Shown: positions 28,634 through 39,231, counted from the first letter of the stretch. The stretch is 64,000 nt of DNA from an uncultured Candidatus Saccharibacteria bacterium (GCA_964543385.1 CAZIYE010000001.1:356933-420932), one strand, 5' to 3'. Notes: generated by a model from the sequence alone, not told the origin. Translations and numbers: made by a program.

Positions 28634-28708
28634 TGGAGCGGGTAACGGGAGTCGAACCCGTATTTCGTCCTTGGCAAGGACGCATAATAGCCGCTATACG
28701 ATACCCGC
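28634..28708 (-). tRNA. tRNA-Trp(CCA)
   Basis: GCGGGTATCGTATAGCGG…loop TGCCAAG…GGTTCGACTCCCG…CCCGCTCCA. Confidence 0.85.
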
Positions 28709-28799
28709 AAATATTTAACTTTACAATGACCAATTCTAAAACAATTTCTCAAGAAATTCAATCCTTGAAGAAAAATGAACCTAACAATAACCAATTTCT

Positions 28800-28873
28800 T
28801 GGAGGCCTGGTCGGGAATCGGACCCGACTACGCGGTTTTGCAGACCGCTGCCTAACCTCTCGGCCACCAGGCC
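28800..28873 (-). tRNA. tRNA-Cys(GCA)
   Basis: GGCCTGGTGGCCGAGAGG…loop CTGCAAA…GGGTCCGATTCCCG…CAGGCCTCCA. Confidence 0.85.
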
Positions 28874-28954
28874 AAAAACTTCAAGCTTCGTTTAAGTTCA
28901 AGGCAAACCTTTAATAGAAATGGCCTGCCATGAATCCAGCTTCGCTGTGGTTCA

Positions 28955-29029
<75 letters not shown>

Positions 29030-29166
29030 GTAAACACAACATATTTAATATAAAACTTCAAATATAGTAGCATAGATTCACTATCCAGTAAAGACTGTTA
29101 CGAATAGCATTGCGAAATTACTAATAATAAAGTAATTTATAAATTACTAAGAGAATAAGGAGATTT

Positions 29167-29499
29167 ATGTCGAAGAAAAAGAACAAAAAGTTTAAGAAAT
29201 CATCTACAGCCAGTCAGCCAAGCATATCGATGCCAAGAGAAAGCACTCCCGAAAAACAACCTTCCACTTTGCAAGCGCATACCCAGATCTCCAATACTAC
29301 CCTAAAAAACAATGATCCTTATGCAATTAGCATATTAAATGAGAAATATTTGCACGTCCGCAAAGATGTTAATAAACTTCTGATTGTTCTATTGATATTG
29401 GCTATCGTTCTGATGGGAATCTACTTTATTGGTTTAAAAACAAATATTCTCACAGTTGTTGGTGATTGGCTCTACAAGATCGGCAACTTCGCAATCTAG
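29167..29499 (+). CDS. hypothetical small membrane protein (Lys/Ser-rich N-terminus, one C-terminal TM)
   Basis: 110 aa; AAGGAG SD 6 nt upstream of ATG. Confidence 0.5.
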   Translation: MSKKKNKKFKKSSTASQPSISMPRESTPEKQPSTLQAHTQISNTTLKNNDPYAISILNEKYLHVRKDVNKLLIVLLILAIVLMGIYFIGLKTNILTVVGDWLYKIGNFAI

Positions 29500-29505
29500 A
29501 CCCTA

Positions 29506-31044
29506 TTAATAAGTTTTTTCCTTTGGCCTATATTGCAATGCCTCTGCAATATGGCTAGTTTTAATCGTATCCGCACCCTCTAGGTCAGCTATAGTTCGAG
29601 CTAATTTTAACAGCCTGTGATAAACTCTGGCCGATAATTTCATCGATTCAACTGCTTGAGCGATTAATTTTTTAGCATCTTCCTCGAGTCGACAAAATCC
29701 TTTTATTTCCTTTGAGCTCATCTCTGAATTTGATTTCATTTTAAGACAGCTGAATCTAGCAATCTGTCTTTTTCTAGCTTCTTCGACTCTTGCTTTTACT
29801 TTGTCCGATTCCTCAGCAAAACAATCCTCCGACAGCTTCTCATATTTAACTCTAGGAACTTCAATATGAATATCTATTCTGTCTAGTATGGGCCCTGATA
29901 TTTTTTTCTGATAACGGATAATTTGAGTGGGCGTGCAAATACACCGTTTTTCTGGATCGGACATATAGCCACAGGGACAAGGATTCTGAGCAGCTACCAA
30001 AAGAAACTCAGCTGGAAAAGTAACACTGCCGGTCGCCCTAGATACCGTGACAATACCATCTTCCAAAGGCTGGCGAAGTGCTTCCAGAACATCCCTTTGA
30101 AACTCCGGAAATTCATCTAGAAACAGTATACCTCGATGGGAGAGTGATATCTCGCCAGGCCTAGGCCAAGACCCTCCTCCTACTATTGCAACACTCGAAG
30201 TTGTATGATGCGGAGAACGAAAAGGTCTGACCAGCGACGGCGCTTTACCGCGATTTAAAAGGCCAGCAACCGAGTATATCTTCATAACATCAAGAATTTC
30301 TTCTTCATCCATTGATGGTAAAATTGAAGGCATACTTCTAGCCAGGAGAGTCTTGCCCGACCCTGGGGGACCTGAAAGCAGAATATTGTGACCTCCAGCT
30401 GCCGCAATTTCTAACGCTCTTTTTGCCTGTTCTTGTCCGGCGATATATTTAAAATCAAATTCGCTGTTTCTCCCCCCTTGCACTTTCCCCTCTCTACTTT
30501 CTGCCTTATAAGCCATAATAATCTCTTCGCCCCTCAAATGCCTAACCAACTGTTTAAGGGATTTAACTGGTATTATCTCTATCCCTCTTACCAGCGCCGC
30601 CTCAGCTACATTCACTTCAGGCAAGAAAATACGTTTTAGACCCTTTTCGGCTGCAAACATCGCTACCGGCAACACCCCATTTACGTGACGAAGCTTTCCA
30701 TCTAGAGAAAGTTCCCCCAAAAATACTGATTCTTTATACTCGGTGATCATTTCTATCTGTTCATCTGCCAATAAAATTCCTACTGCCATCGGCAAATCAA
30801 ATGAAGGTCCCTCTTTTTTGACATCAGCTGGGGCCAAATTTATAGTCAGACGATGTTGAGGAAAAAATATCCCCGAATTCTTAATAGCAGCTCTGGTTCT
30901 CTCCTTGCTTTCATCAATTGATTTATCGGGCAATCCGACTATGGTAAAAGATGGCAACCCTGCCCCTATATCTACTTCTACCTCAACCAAATAAGAGTCC
31001 AGCCCCACAGTGGCAGCACTAAAAATTTTGGCGATTTTGTCCAA
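29506..31044 (-). CDS. yifB: Mg-chelatase-like AAA+ ATPase YifB/ComM
   Basis: 512 aa; Walker A ILLSGPPGSGKTLLA; Lon-like N-domain; C-terminal ChlI-type region. Confidence 0.85.
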   Translation of the reverse strand: MDKIAKIFSAATVGLDSYLVEVEVDIGAGLPSFTIVGLPDKSIDESKERTRAAIKNSGIFFPQHRLTINLAPADVKKEGPSFDLPMAVGILLADEQIEMITEYKESVFLGELSLDGKLRHVNGVLPVAMFAAEKGLKRIFLPEVNVAEAALVRGIEIIPVKSLKQLVRHLRGEEIIMAYKAESREGKVQGGRNSEFDFKYIAGQEQAKRALEIAAAGGHNILLSGPPGSGKTLLARSMPSILPSMDEEEILDVMKIYSVAGLLNRGKAPSLVRPFRSPHHTTSSVAIVGGGSWPRPGEISLSHRGILFLDEFPEFQRDVLEALRQPLEDGIVTVSRATGSVTFPAEFLLVAAQNPCPCGYMSDPEKRCICTPTQIIRYQKKISGPILDRIDIHIEVPRVKYEKLSEDCFAEESDKVKARVEEARKRQIARFSCLKMKSNSEMSSKEIKGFCRLEEDAKKLIAQAVESMKLSARVYHRLLKLARTIADLEGADTIKTSHIAEALQYRPKEKTY

Positions 31045-31062
31045 GAAACCCCCTCCGCTTAT

Positions 31063-31467
31063 TTAGACTTCTTTTATCCTATCCCAATCGGCATAGAACT
31101 TTTTGATCTCCAGATCAGGAAAATGATTCTCAACTATCTTTGCTGCCTGAATCAATTTATCAATATGAAATTCTTTCTCATCGTTATTGTGAAATCGCTC
31201 ACTACCACCATAAGCACCACAATCAACATGGTCGATAAGCCACACTTCTTTGATTCCATGAAGCCTGACCGAAGTTTCGACTACCTTGAAAAATGAATCC
31301 CGATCCTCCTCATTGGCGAGAATCGCTTTGCTTGATCCTACACCAGTTCTAAAATCGAATACTCCACCGGTTTGCCTAGTCAACCAGTCAACTGTTTTTT
31401 TGATAAATCTACCATCAATACACGCACAGGCCAGGACATCCCACTTCTCGATTCTTTGTATATGCAT
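31063..31467 (-). CDS. minimal beta-carbonic-anhydrase-like protein
   Basis: 134 aa; CxDxR (ACIDGR) and HxxCG (DHVDCGA) motifs with the ~65-aa spacing seen in beta-CAs, but shorter than typical enzymes. Confidence 0.45.
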   Translation of the reverse strand: MHIQRIEKWDVLACACIDGRFIKKTVDWLTRQTGGVFDFRTGVGSSKAILANEEDRDSFFKVVETSVRLHGIKEVWLIDHVDCGAYGGSERFHNNDEKEFHIDKLIQAAKIVENHFPDLEIKKFYADWDRIKEV

Positions 31468-31482
31468 AGTTTTTTAGAATAA

Positions 31483-31498
31483 ATTATCAATTGATAAT
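31483..31498. repeat. 16-bp perfect palindrome ATTATCAATTGATAAT
   Basis: Read directly from sequence; lies 16 nt upstream of the start codon of 31063..31467 and ~70 nt from the edge of the GC-rich segment. Confidence 0.6.
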
Positions 31499-31570
31499 AA
31501 TTCTACCACAAAGCCCATTTTGTTCAACAATAATATAGACTAAGCCAACATTTTTAGTAAACCAGAAAAA

Positions 31571-32077
31571 TTAATATTTGATTAGATTTCTCTGGTTTCC
31601 TGCCGAACACATCCTGTGTCGGCCGGAGATTTTCCCCAGACTCGTTGTCCGAAAGTCTGGTTTGGTTTTCTTGTCCATTGTCGTCGGATAGACCGTATAT
31701 ATCCAATAATAGGTTTTTCCGACTTTTCGAATTTCACTACCAGTAACTCGGCAGGCATTCGCTCCCCAGTAGTCGACAAGGAGTTGCGAATACTCCACGA
31801 TCAACTGAGCTTGAGTATGATCATCGTTATCAGGGATAAGGACATCCGCTCCATACTGGAGAGCGATAATCTTAGCCTTAGGCAAACGAATGATGCCACC
31901 GGCCAAGCGACTGACCGCCTCCTCACGAGACATAACTGCCAGGCTGACCTGACGGTCTGCTTTCTTGTGGAGGGAAACACGATGCCAGATAAACAAGCTG
32001 GCAAGCAATGTGAACCACACAAGACAGAGGATGAGAGACCATTTGAAACTCAATTTCACGGTGAGTACCCCTTTCAA
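31571..32077 (-). CDS. hypothetical membrane-anchored protein (GC-rich cassette)
   Basis: 168 aa; TTG (or GTG 7 codons in) start with GAGGAA/AAGGGG SD; N-terminal TM LILCLVWFTLLASLFIW; no recognised domain; G+C clearly above flanking DNA. Confidence 0.4.
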   Translation of the reverse strand: MKGVLTVKLSFKWSLILCLVWFTLLASLFIWHRVSLHKKADRQVSLAVMSREEAVSRLAGGIIRLPKAKIIALQYGADVLIPDNDDHTQAQLIVEYSQLLVDYWGANACRVTGSEIRKVGKTYYWIYTVYPTTMDKKTKPDFRTTSLGKISGRHRMCSAGNQRNLIKY

Positions 32078-32168
32078 AGTGCATTCCTCGGAGGAACGTT
32101 ATTGTTTTTTACCAGAAAAATGACTGATTTTCAATCAGATCAACACAAAGTAAGACAAAAATAGAAAT

Positions 32169-32197
32169 TTGAAATTAAACAAAATATTATTTATAAT
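32169..32197 (+). promoter_or_regulatory. near-consensus sigma70 promoter (TTGAAA-17-TATAAT)
   Basis: Exact -35/-10 hexamers with 17-nt spacing; drives the structured RNA at 32204-32357. Confidence 0.5.
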
Positions 32198-32203
32198 CTT
32201 TAG

Positions 32204-32357
32204 CAAGCTGAGCAGTCCGCCAATAAACCATGACTAGAAAAGCACTCCTATATCTTGCGAAAGCAAGTGCGGACTGAGGTTCATTTAAATGTGGTTTTTA
32301 AGCCGATGCTTGCGTACCGTGCGGTATCCTCTTCTGGATTGCCGCACCGTTTTTGTT
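32204..32357 (+). ncRNA. candidate ~150-nt structured small RNA / leader element ending in an intrinsic terminator
   Basis: 8-bp helix cagtccgc(32213-20)/gcggactg(32269-76); GNRA hairpin cttgc-GAAA-gcaag (32254-67); terminator gtgcgg(t)atcc-tcttct-ggat(tg)ccgcac + TTTTTGTT (32319-32357). No ORF with an SD. Confidence 0.4.
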
Positions 32358-32407
32358 ATATGGCAAAAATGTGAATCCGCTATTACCATATTTATATTTT
32401 ACCGTCA

Positions 32408-32713
32408 ATGATATATATACTTGACGCTCCAATTTGTGTAATGTTAATTTATTGTCAAGGTAATAAAGCCCTACTTATTTTTATGAAAAAAACCTTACTC
32501 TTTTCCTTTTCGCTGATTGGTCAGATCGGCTTCTCAGTAGCAATCCCCTTACTAGTATTGGGACTTTTGGGTCGCTATCTGGATAAGATAGCTAGCACAT
32601 CTCCCTATCTCTTTCTGCTAGGGCTAGCCTTGGCTACTGTATTTATTTATTTTTATTTAAGACAGCTAGTCAAAAAATCGATAAAAGAGTTCGATAAATT
32701 AAACAAAGAGTAG
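32408..32713 (+). CDS. ATP synthase protein I/AtpZ-like small membrane protein
   Basis: 2-TM hydrophobic protein immediately upstream of atpB; probable start ATG at 32483 (MKKTLLFSF…). Confidence 0.5.
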   Translation: MIYILDAPICVMLIYCQGNKALLIFMKKTLLFSFSLIGQIGFSVAIPLLVLGLLGRYLDKIASTSPYLFLLGLALATVFIYFYLRQLVKKSIKEFDKLNKE

Positions 32714-33466
32714 ATGGAAATTTCCCTTGCCGCAGAAAAAATAGCTCACATAGGAGAAATGCCAATCACCAATTCAATGGTGACTAGTTGGATTGGCTCA
32801 ATTATTTTAATTGTTTTCGCGCTCGTAGCTACCAGAAAGATGAAAATGGTTCCAACTGGTGTACAAAATGTTTTCGAGTTTGCTATTGAATCACTCTACA
32901 ATATGGCAAACAGCGTTATCGATAATGAAAAAGCCACCAGAAAATACTTTCCCCTGGTAGCAACAATATTTCTTTTTATCATTTGTAATAATTGGCTTGG
33001 CCTGCTTCCTGGCGTCGGCACTATAGGAATACATGAAGTGATACATGGCAAAGAAGTCCTAGTGCCGCTTTTCCGCTCAGGCAACGCTGATCTAAATATG
33101 ACGCTGGCTTTGGCTATCATTACCGTACTGGCTATTCAAATTTTCGGCATTGCAGCTATTGGTGTATTCAAATACGGCAAAAAATTCATTAATTTCTCAA
33201 ATCCAATTAACTTTGTTGTCGGTATTCTAGAATTAATTGGTGAAGTTTCTAGAATTATCTCTTTCTCCTTTCGTCTTTTCGGCAACGTATTCGCTGGTGA
33301 GGTTTTATTAACTGTTATCGCATTCATCGTACCTTTTATTGCCCCACTACCTTTTTACGGCCTAGAGATTTTTGTCGGCTTCATCCAGGCTCTTGTTTTC
33401 ACAATGCTTACTTTAGTATTCATCAAATCAGCTATTACTGATCATGAAGCAGAACATGCACATTAG
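32714..33466 (+). CDS. atpB: F0 ATP synthase subunit a
   Basis: 250 aa, 5-6 TM, conserved …SFSFRLFGNVFAGE… (essential Arg region). Confidence 0.85.
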   Translation: MEISLAAEKIAHIGEMPITNSMVTSWIGSIILIVFALVATRKMKMVPTGVQNVFEFAIESLYNMANSVIDNEKATRKYFPLVATIFLFIICNNWLGLLPGVGTIGIHEVIHGKEVLVPLFRSGNADLNMTLALAIITVLAIQIFGIAAIGVFKYGKKFINFSNPINFVVGILELIGEVSRIISFSFRLFGNVFAGEVLLTVIAFIVPFIAPLPFYGLEIFVGFIQALVFTMLTLVFIKSAITDHEAEHAH

Positions 33467-33481
33467 AAATTAATAATATAA

Positions 33482-33733
<252 letters not shown>

Positions 33734-33813
33734 TAGAACGTAGATTGGTAGAATGTAGACTGGTTTTAGCCTTTCTACCTTCTACTTTCCACTTTCTACA
33801 TTAAGGAGAAACA

Positions 33814-34296
33814 ATGGAATCACTTGGAATAGATTTAAAACTTTTAATCGCACAGGCTATAAACTTTATTATCGTCATGCTTTTACTTTGGAAATTTGCT
33901 TACACACCTATTCTAAAAATGTTAAATGATCGCAAAGACAAGATTGCCAAAGGATTGGATGATGCTTCTGCCGCAGCTAAGAGTCTTCAGAAGGCAAAAG
34001 GCGAAAGTGATAAGATCCAAGAGAAAGCTTTCTCTGATGCAAATGAAATAATAAAAAACGCCAAAGAGGCAGCAAATGCCGAGGCCCTGCTTATATTGGA
34101 CAAAGCGAATAGCCAGGCAGATAGAATTATAAAATCAGCAAAAGAAGAAGCTTCTTCACTGAAAGACAAGACAATGGCTAGCGCCAAGAAGGAAATTTCC
34201 GACGTTGTTATCATGGCTTTAGACAAAATTGTAAATGATGAATTAACAAAAGAGCAAAAGGTAAAATTAACCAGCAAAGCAATTGCCGAATTATAA
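33814..34296 (+). CDS. atpF: F0 ATP synthase subunit b
   Basis: 160 aa; N-terminal TM then long Ala/Lys/Glu-rich helix. Confidence 0.75.
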   Translation: MESLGIDLKLLIAQAINFIIVMLLLWKFAYTPILKMLNDRKDKIAKGLDDASAAAKSLQKAKGESDKIQEKAFSDANEIIKNAKEAANAEALLILDKANSQADRIIKSAKEEASSLKDKTMASAKKEISDVVIMALDKIVNDELTKEQKVKLTSKAIAEL

Positions 34297-34349
34297 TGAT
34301 CATTAATTGTTTATTTGTATATTAGTCTAATTAGTAATCTGTTATTCCC

Positions 34350-34745
34350 ATGAAGATAAAGCCTCAACAATATGCTCAAATGCTCATTGAGAGCGTCACT
34401 GAAAAGTCCGATCTAAAAAAGATTGCTGCTTCCCTGTGGCATTCCCTCCAGAAAAACAAGCAATACCGAGACCTACCAAAAATATTGGAGTTAATCGATG
34501 AGGAATTCGCTAAGAAAAATAAGCTTACTCTAGCAAAAGTTTATTCTGAGGATAGATTGAGTGAAACCGAAATCGAAAATATCCGAAAAAAACTAGAGTT
34601 AGAAAATTCCAATATTCAATATTCAATATTCAATATTCAAAAAAAGAATCTGGTTGGCGGGATCACAGTCAAAATTGAAGATAAAATCATAGACTTGAGT
34701 GTTACAGATAGAATTAACAAATTAAAACAACAATTGAACAACTAA
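34350..34745 (+). CDS. atpH: F1 ATP synthase subunit delta (OSCP), short form
   Basis: 131 aa, position between atpF and atpA; C-terminal …IIDLSVTDRINKLKQQL… OSCP-like. Confidence 0.6.
   Translation: MKIKPQQYAQMLIESVTEKSDLKKIAASLWHSLQKNKQYRDLPKILELIDEEFAKKNKLTLAKVYSEDRLSETEIENIRKKLELENSNIQYSIFNIQKKNLVGGITVKIEDKIIDLSVTDRINKLKQQLNN
34611..34638 (+). repeat. (AATATTC)x4 perfect tandem heptamer inside atpH
   Basis: Read directly: aatattcaatattcaatattcaatattc; encodes …NIQYSIFNIQ…. Confidence 0.9.
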
Positions 34746-34763
34746 TAATATCTTTGGAATAAC

Positions 34764-36311
34764 ATGAGTACAAACATCATCGAGGAATTGAAAAAAGAAA
34801 TTTTGGATTTTGATGCCAAAGCGAAAAGTGATACTTTTGGGGAAATAGCCGAGATTGGCGACGGTATTGCTAAAATTTATGGACTCAAGGAGGCAAAATC
34901 AGGAGAACTTCTCAATATCGAAACAAAAGATGGCATAGTCACCGCTATGGCCTTGAATCTTGAGGAAGCATCTATCGGTGCTATCGTCTTGGGTAATTAT
35001 AAAAATATAATGGCCGGAGACAAAGTAAAGTGCACAGGTGAAATTGCTAAAGTTGATGTTTCAGAGGACATCATCGGACGAGTTGTAAATCCTTTAGGAT
35101 TTCCTATCGATGACAAGGGTAAAATCAAAGCAGATAAATCAATGCCTATCGAAAAAGTTGCTCCTGGCGTTATTACCAGACAATCAGTTTCCGTGCCTCT
35201 TCAAACTGGCTTAAAGGCTATTGATGCCTTGATCCCTATTGGCCGAGGGCAGCGCGAGCTTATTATTGGTGATCGTGGGACCGGCAAAACAGCTATCGCG
35301 ATTGACACTATCATCAATCAAAAAGACCTGCCAAAAGAAAAACGACCTATTTGTATTTATGTTGCTATTGGACAGAAGAAATCTAAAGTTGCCCGCATCA
35401 TGGCAAAATTAGAAGAGGTCGGGGCGATGGAATATACAATCATCGTCTTGGCCGGCGCCTCTGACCCTGCCTCACTTTCATATATTGCACCGTATACTGG
35501 CTGCGCTATTGGCGAATATTTTATGGAAAAAGGCATGGATGTTCTCATCGTTTTTGATGACCTAACCAAACAAGCTTGGGCCTATAGACAGGTATCCCTC
35601 CTTCTTCGCCGACCCCCTGGACGCGAAGCTTATCCTGGCGACGTCTTTTATCTCCATTCTAGATTACTAGAAAGATCAGCCAGATTAAATAAAGACTTTG
35701 GTGGCGGTTCGATGACCGCTCTTCCAATTATCGAAACTCAAGCTGGTGATGTCTCTGCCTATATTCCAACAAATGTAATTTCTATCACTGACGGTCAAAT
35801 CTTCCTAGAATCAGATCTCTTCTACCAGGGCATCAGGCCAGCTCTAAACATCGGCATCTCCGTTTCTCGTGTTGGTGGCGCTGCCCAGATCAAAGCAATG
35901 AAAAAAGTAGCGGGTAAACTAAAGCTTATGATGGCTCAATATCGTGAGCTTGCCGCTTTTGCCCAATTTGCCTCCGATCTTGATGCCGAAACAAAGAAAA
36001 CTATCGAACGCGGCAAGAGAATCACAGAGGTTATGAAACAACCACAATACATGCCGATGCCCGTGGAGGAGCAGGTAGTAATATTATACGCCGTCAACAA
36101 TGGTTACCTTGACAACTATGAGGTTTCAAAAATTGTTGATATTGAGAAAGAGATCCTAACTAAGGCGAAGACAGGTATTAAAGATATCCTCACAAATATC
36201 CGAGAGACAGGCGAACTTTCCGACAAAGACGAGAGAAAACTTCAGGAGTTTCTTGAGAAAAATACAAAAACGGTAGAGGCAGAGATAAAGGTTCAAGAAG
36301 AAATAAAATAA
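34764..36311 (+). CDS. atpA: F1 ATP synthase subunit alpha
   Basis: 515 aa; Walker [12 protein letters not shown]; …[42 protein letters not shown]…. Confidence 0.95.
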   Translation: MSTNIIEELKKEILDFDAKAKSDTFGEIAEIGDGIAKIYGLKEAKSGELLNIETKDGIVTAMALNLEEASIGAIVLGNYKNIMAGDKVKCTGEIAKVDVSEDIIGRVVNPLGFPIDDKGKIKADKSMPIEKVAPGVITRQSVSVPLQTGLKAIDALIPIGRGQRELIIGDRGTGKTAIAIDTIINQKDLPKEKRPICIYVAIGQKKSKVARIMAKLEEVGAMEYTIIVLAGASDPASLSYIAPYTGCAIGEYFMEKGMDVLIVFDDLTKQAWAYRQVSLLLRRPPGREAYPGDVFYLHSRLLERSARLNKDFGGGSMTALPIIETQAGDVSAYIPTNVISITDGQIFLESDLFYQGIRPALNIGISVSRVGGAAQIKAMKKVAGKLKLMMAQYRELAAFAQFASDLDAETKKTIERGKRITEVMKQPQYMPMPVEEQVVILYAVNNGYLDNYEVSKIVDIEKEILTKAKTGIKDILTNIRETGELSDKDERKLQEFLEKNTKTVEAEIKVQEEIK

Positions 36312-36327
36312 ACATCGAATAAAGAAA

Positions 36328-37239
36328 ATGGCTTCAACACAAGAATTCAGACGCCGAATCAAATCGGTCAATAATACAAAACAAATTACCAAAGCAATGG
36401 AAATGATCGCCTCTATTAAGATGCAAAAGGCAACTCGTTTTGCTGCAATGGCTAGAAGCTACACCCAAAACGCTTGGAATATGCTTTTAAAGCTTGCAAC
36501 AATTGTACTGCCAGAGGCACATCCCCTATTGAATCCAAGAGAAGTAAGGAGAACAGCGGTAGTCTTATTGACTTCAGATCGTGGACTTTGTGGTTCATAT
36601 AATTCGGAAGTACTGAAAAAATTTGTTGCATTCGAAAAGGAACAATGCGCCTGCAATCAAAAAAGTTGCGGTGAATTTGTAGGAAATTGTGATGTAATTA
36701 CTATCGGTAAAAAGGGCGCGGAATTCACCAAAAGATATAAAACAGGCAAACTAATCGCTGAATTCCCCGGCTTCGAAAATAATATTCAGGCAGAAGATGT
36801 TATGCCTATCTCCAAAATGACAAGCGATGAATACCTAGCCGGCAAATATGACCGAGTAGTAGTTATTTACTCTCATTTTGAATCATCACTAAAACAAATA
36901 CCGGTCGTCAAACAGATTTTACCTATATCAAACGACCATATTGATAAACCAGAAATATGGACACAAACCGATGAGGCTGAGACCGAATACAAATTTGAGC
37001 CAAGCCCAGATGACGTTCTAGAAGGAATACTTAAGCAATTTCTGAGAGTTCAAATATACGGCGCAATCCTAGAGGCCAATGCCTCAGAACATTCTGCCCG
37101 TATGGTAGCAATGAAAAATGCTACTGACAGCGCTGGTGATCTGATAGATGAGCTCAAACTGGTATACAACGCTGTCCGCCAAGGCTCAATCACTCGTGAA
37201 ATTGCTGAGATATCTGGCGCAGCGGAAGCAATGAAGTAG
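36328..37239 (+). CDS. atpG: F1 ATP synthase subunit gamma
   Basis: 303 aa; N-terminal …RRRIKSVNNTKQITKAMEMIASIKMQKA… and C-terminal …NATDSAGDLIDELKLVYNAVRQGSITREIAEI…. Confidence 0.85.
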   Translation: MASTQEFRRRIKSVNNTKQITKAMEMIASIKMQKATRFAAMARSYTQNAWNMLLKLATIVLPEAHPLLNPREVRRTAVVLLTSDRGLCGSYNSEVLKKFVAFEKEQCACNQKSCGEFVGNCDVITIGKKGAEFTKRYKTGKLIAEFPGFENNIQAEDVMPISKMTSDEYLAGKYDRVVVIYSHFESSLKQIPVVKQILPISNDHIDKPEIWTQTDEAETEYKFEPSPDDVLEGILKQFLRVQIYGAILEANASEHSARMVAMKNATDSAGDLIDELKLVYNAVRQGSITREIAEISGAAEAMK

Positions 37240-37447
37240 CACATTTAAAAAAACCAGGCCGCCACTTACTTGATTTCGGCGGCAGCCTGGAGATGGGAAG
37301 GCGGGACCATTCCTCGTCTTCATCGGAGACGAACTCGTGTTCGTCGCTACGGCCGAGGGGCCGTGTCTGTTGCCCTTGCTTCGGGCAATCGGCGGTATCC
37401 ATGCAGGAGCACGGACACAGATCATCATCGCGGCCACAGTCGGCCAT
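37190..37447 (-). CDS. hypothetical Cys-rich small protein (GC-rich cassette antisense between atpG and atpD)
   Basis: AAGGGGG SD 8 nt upstream of ATG at 37447; MADCGRDDDLCPCSCMDTADCPKQ… then acidic stretch; ORF reads through the terminator hairpin into antisense atpG, so its true 3' end is uncertain. Could instead be a non-coding RNA. Confidence 0.3.
   Translation of the reverse strand: MADCGRDDDLCPCSCMDTADCPKQGQQTRPLGRSDEHEFVSDEDEEWSRLPISRLPPKSSKWRPGFFKCATSLLPLRQISQQFHE
37246..37290 (-). terminator. intrinsic terminator on minus strand just after atpG stop
   Basis: Minus strand: ccaggctgccgcc-gaaatcaagtaagt-ggcggcctgg followed by TTTTTTTT. Confidence 0.6.
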
Positions 37448-37471
37448 AGTGGTGTCCCCCTTTTCGAAACG

Positions 37472-37500
37472 TTGTCCGGAAACCGGATGGGAGATACAAT
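37472..37500 (+). promoter_or_regulatory. near-consensus sigma70 promoter restarting transcription before atpD (TTGTCC-17-TACAAT)
   Basis: Hexamers and spacing read directly; followed by AAGGAG SD and the atpD ATG at 37536. Confidence 0.5.
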
Positions 37501-37535
37501 AAAATAAATTAGTTAATATGTCAATAAGGAGATAG

Positions 37536-38900
<1,365 letters not shown>

Positions 38901-38904
38901 GAAT

Positions 38905-38950
38905 CCCATCCAAAGTGTATCGGCCGAAACCGATCGACCCTAAGGATGGG
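38905..38950. other. nested hairpin immediately after atpD stop
   Basis: cccatcc-…atcgg-ccgaaa-ccgat…-ggatggg; on the minus strand it follows the stop of the small membrane ORF and precedes TTCCTATTTTCC. Confidence 0.4.
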
Positions 38951-38976
38951 CGGAATTGTATGGCTGTTCCCCTTCA

Positions 38977-39186
38977 TTACTTCTTCTTTGGCCCTTTTGG
39001 CGGAACCGAAGGAAGATGTATCTTCGAGAAGCATCCAAGCCGTGCCATGATGATGATAACCATCACTATTACGGCTACTGCCGGAGTAATTGCGCAGGCA
39101 AGTCCCATCTTTAGATAGATCAAGATAGCCTCCGCTATCGCGGCCATGCCAAGCGTAATCAGCAAGTCTCTGAGAATCGGATCCAT
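38977..39186 (-). CDS. hypothetical 69-aa two-TM membrane peptide (GC-rich cassette antisense between atpD and atpC)
   Basis: GGGGGGTGA SD 6 nt upstream of ATG at 39186; MDPILRDLLITLGMAAIAEAILIYLKMGLACAITPAVAVIVMVIIIMA… basic C-terminus PKGPKKK. Confidence 0.4.
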   Translation of the reverse strand: MDPILRDLLITLGMAAIAEAILIYLKMGLACAITPAVAVIVMVIIIMARLGCFSKIHLPSVPPKGPKKK

Positions 39187-39231
39187 GGTTTCACCCCCCA
39201 TTCGTTTCCAGTAAAGTAGTGTCAACCTTGC

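Noticed and set aside
28627-28794. N-terminal extension of the secG ORF in the track
   Set aside because: Would overlap the tRNA-Trp gene (28634-28708); conserved SecG N-terminus begins at the internal Met (28626).
31616-32164. 182-aa plus-strand ORF in the GC-rich module
   Set aside because: GTG start without SD; low-complexity Arg/Ser/Thr-rich translation; minus-strand frame has a TM anchor and SD. Kept only as an alternative.
32204-32357. Identification of the structured RNA as SRP RNA, tmRNA, 6S or RNase P RNA
   Set aside because: No GGAAGGAAGCAGC-like SRP domain IV, no tRNA-like 3' end or tag ORF, too short for RNase P, and no P4 consensus. Left as an unclassified RNA.
37293-37502. 69-aa plus-strand ORF in the atpG-atpD gap
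   Set aside because: GGAG sits directly against the ATG (no spacer); Ser/Arg-rich translation typical of out-of-frame GC-rich DNA; the minus-strand frame has a properly spaced SD and its own terminator.
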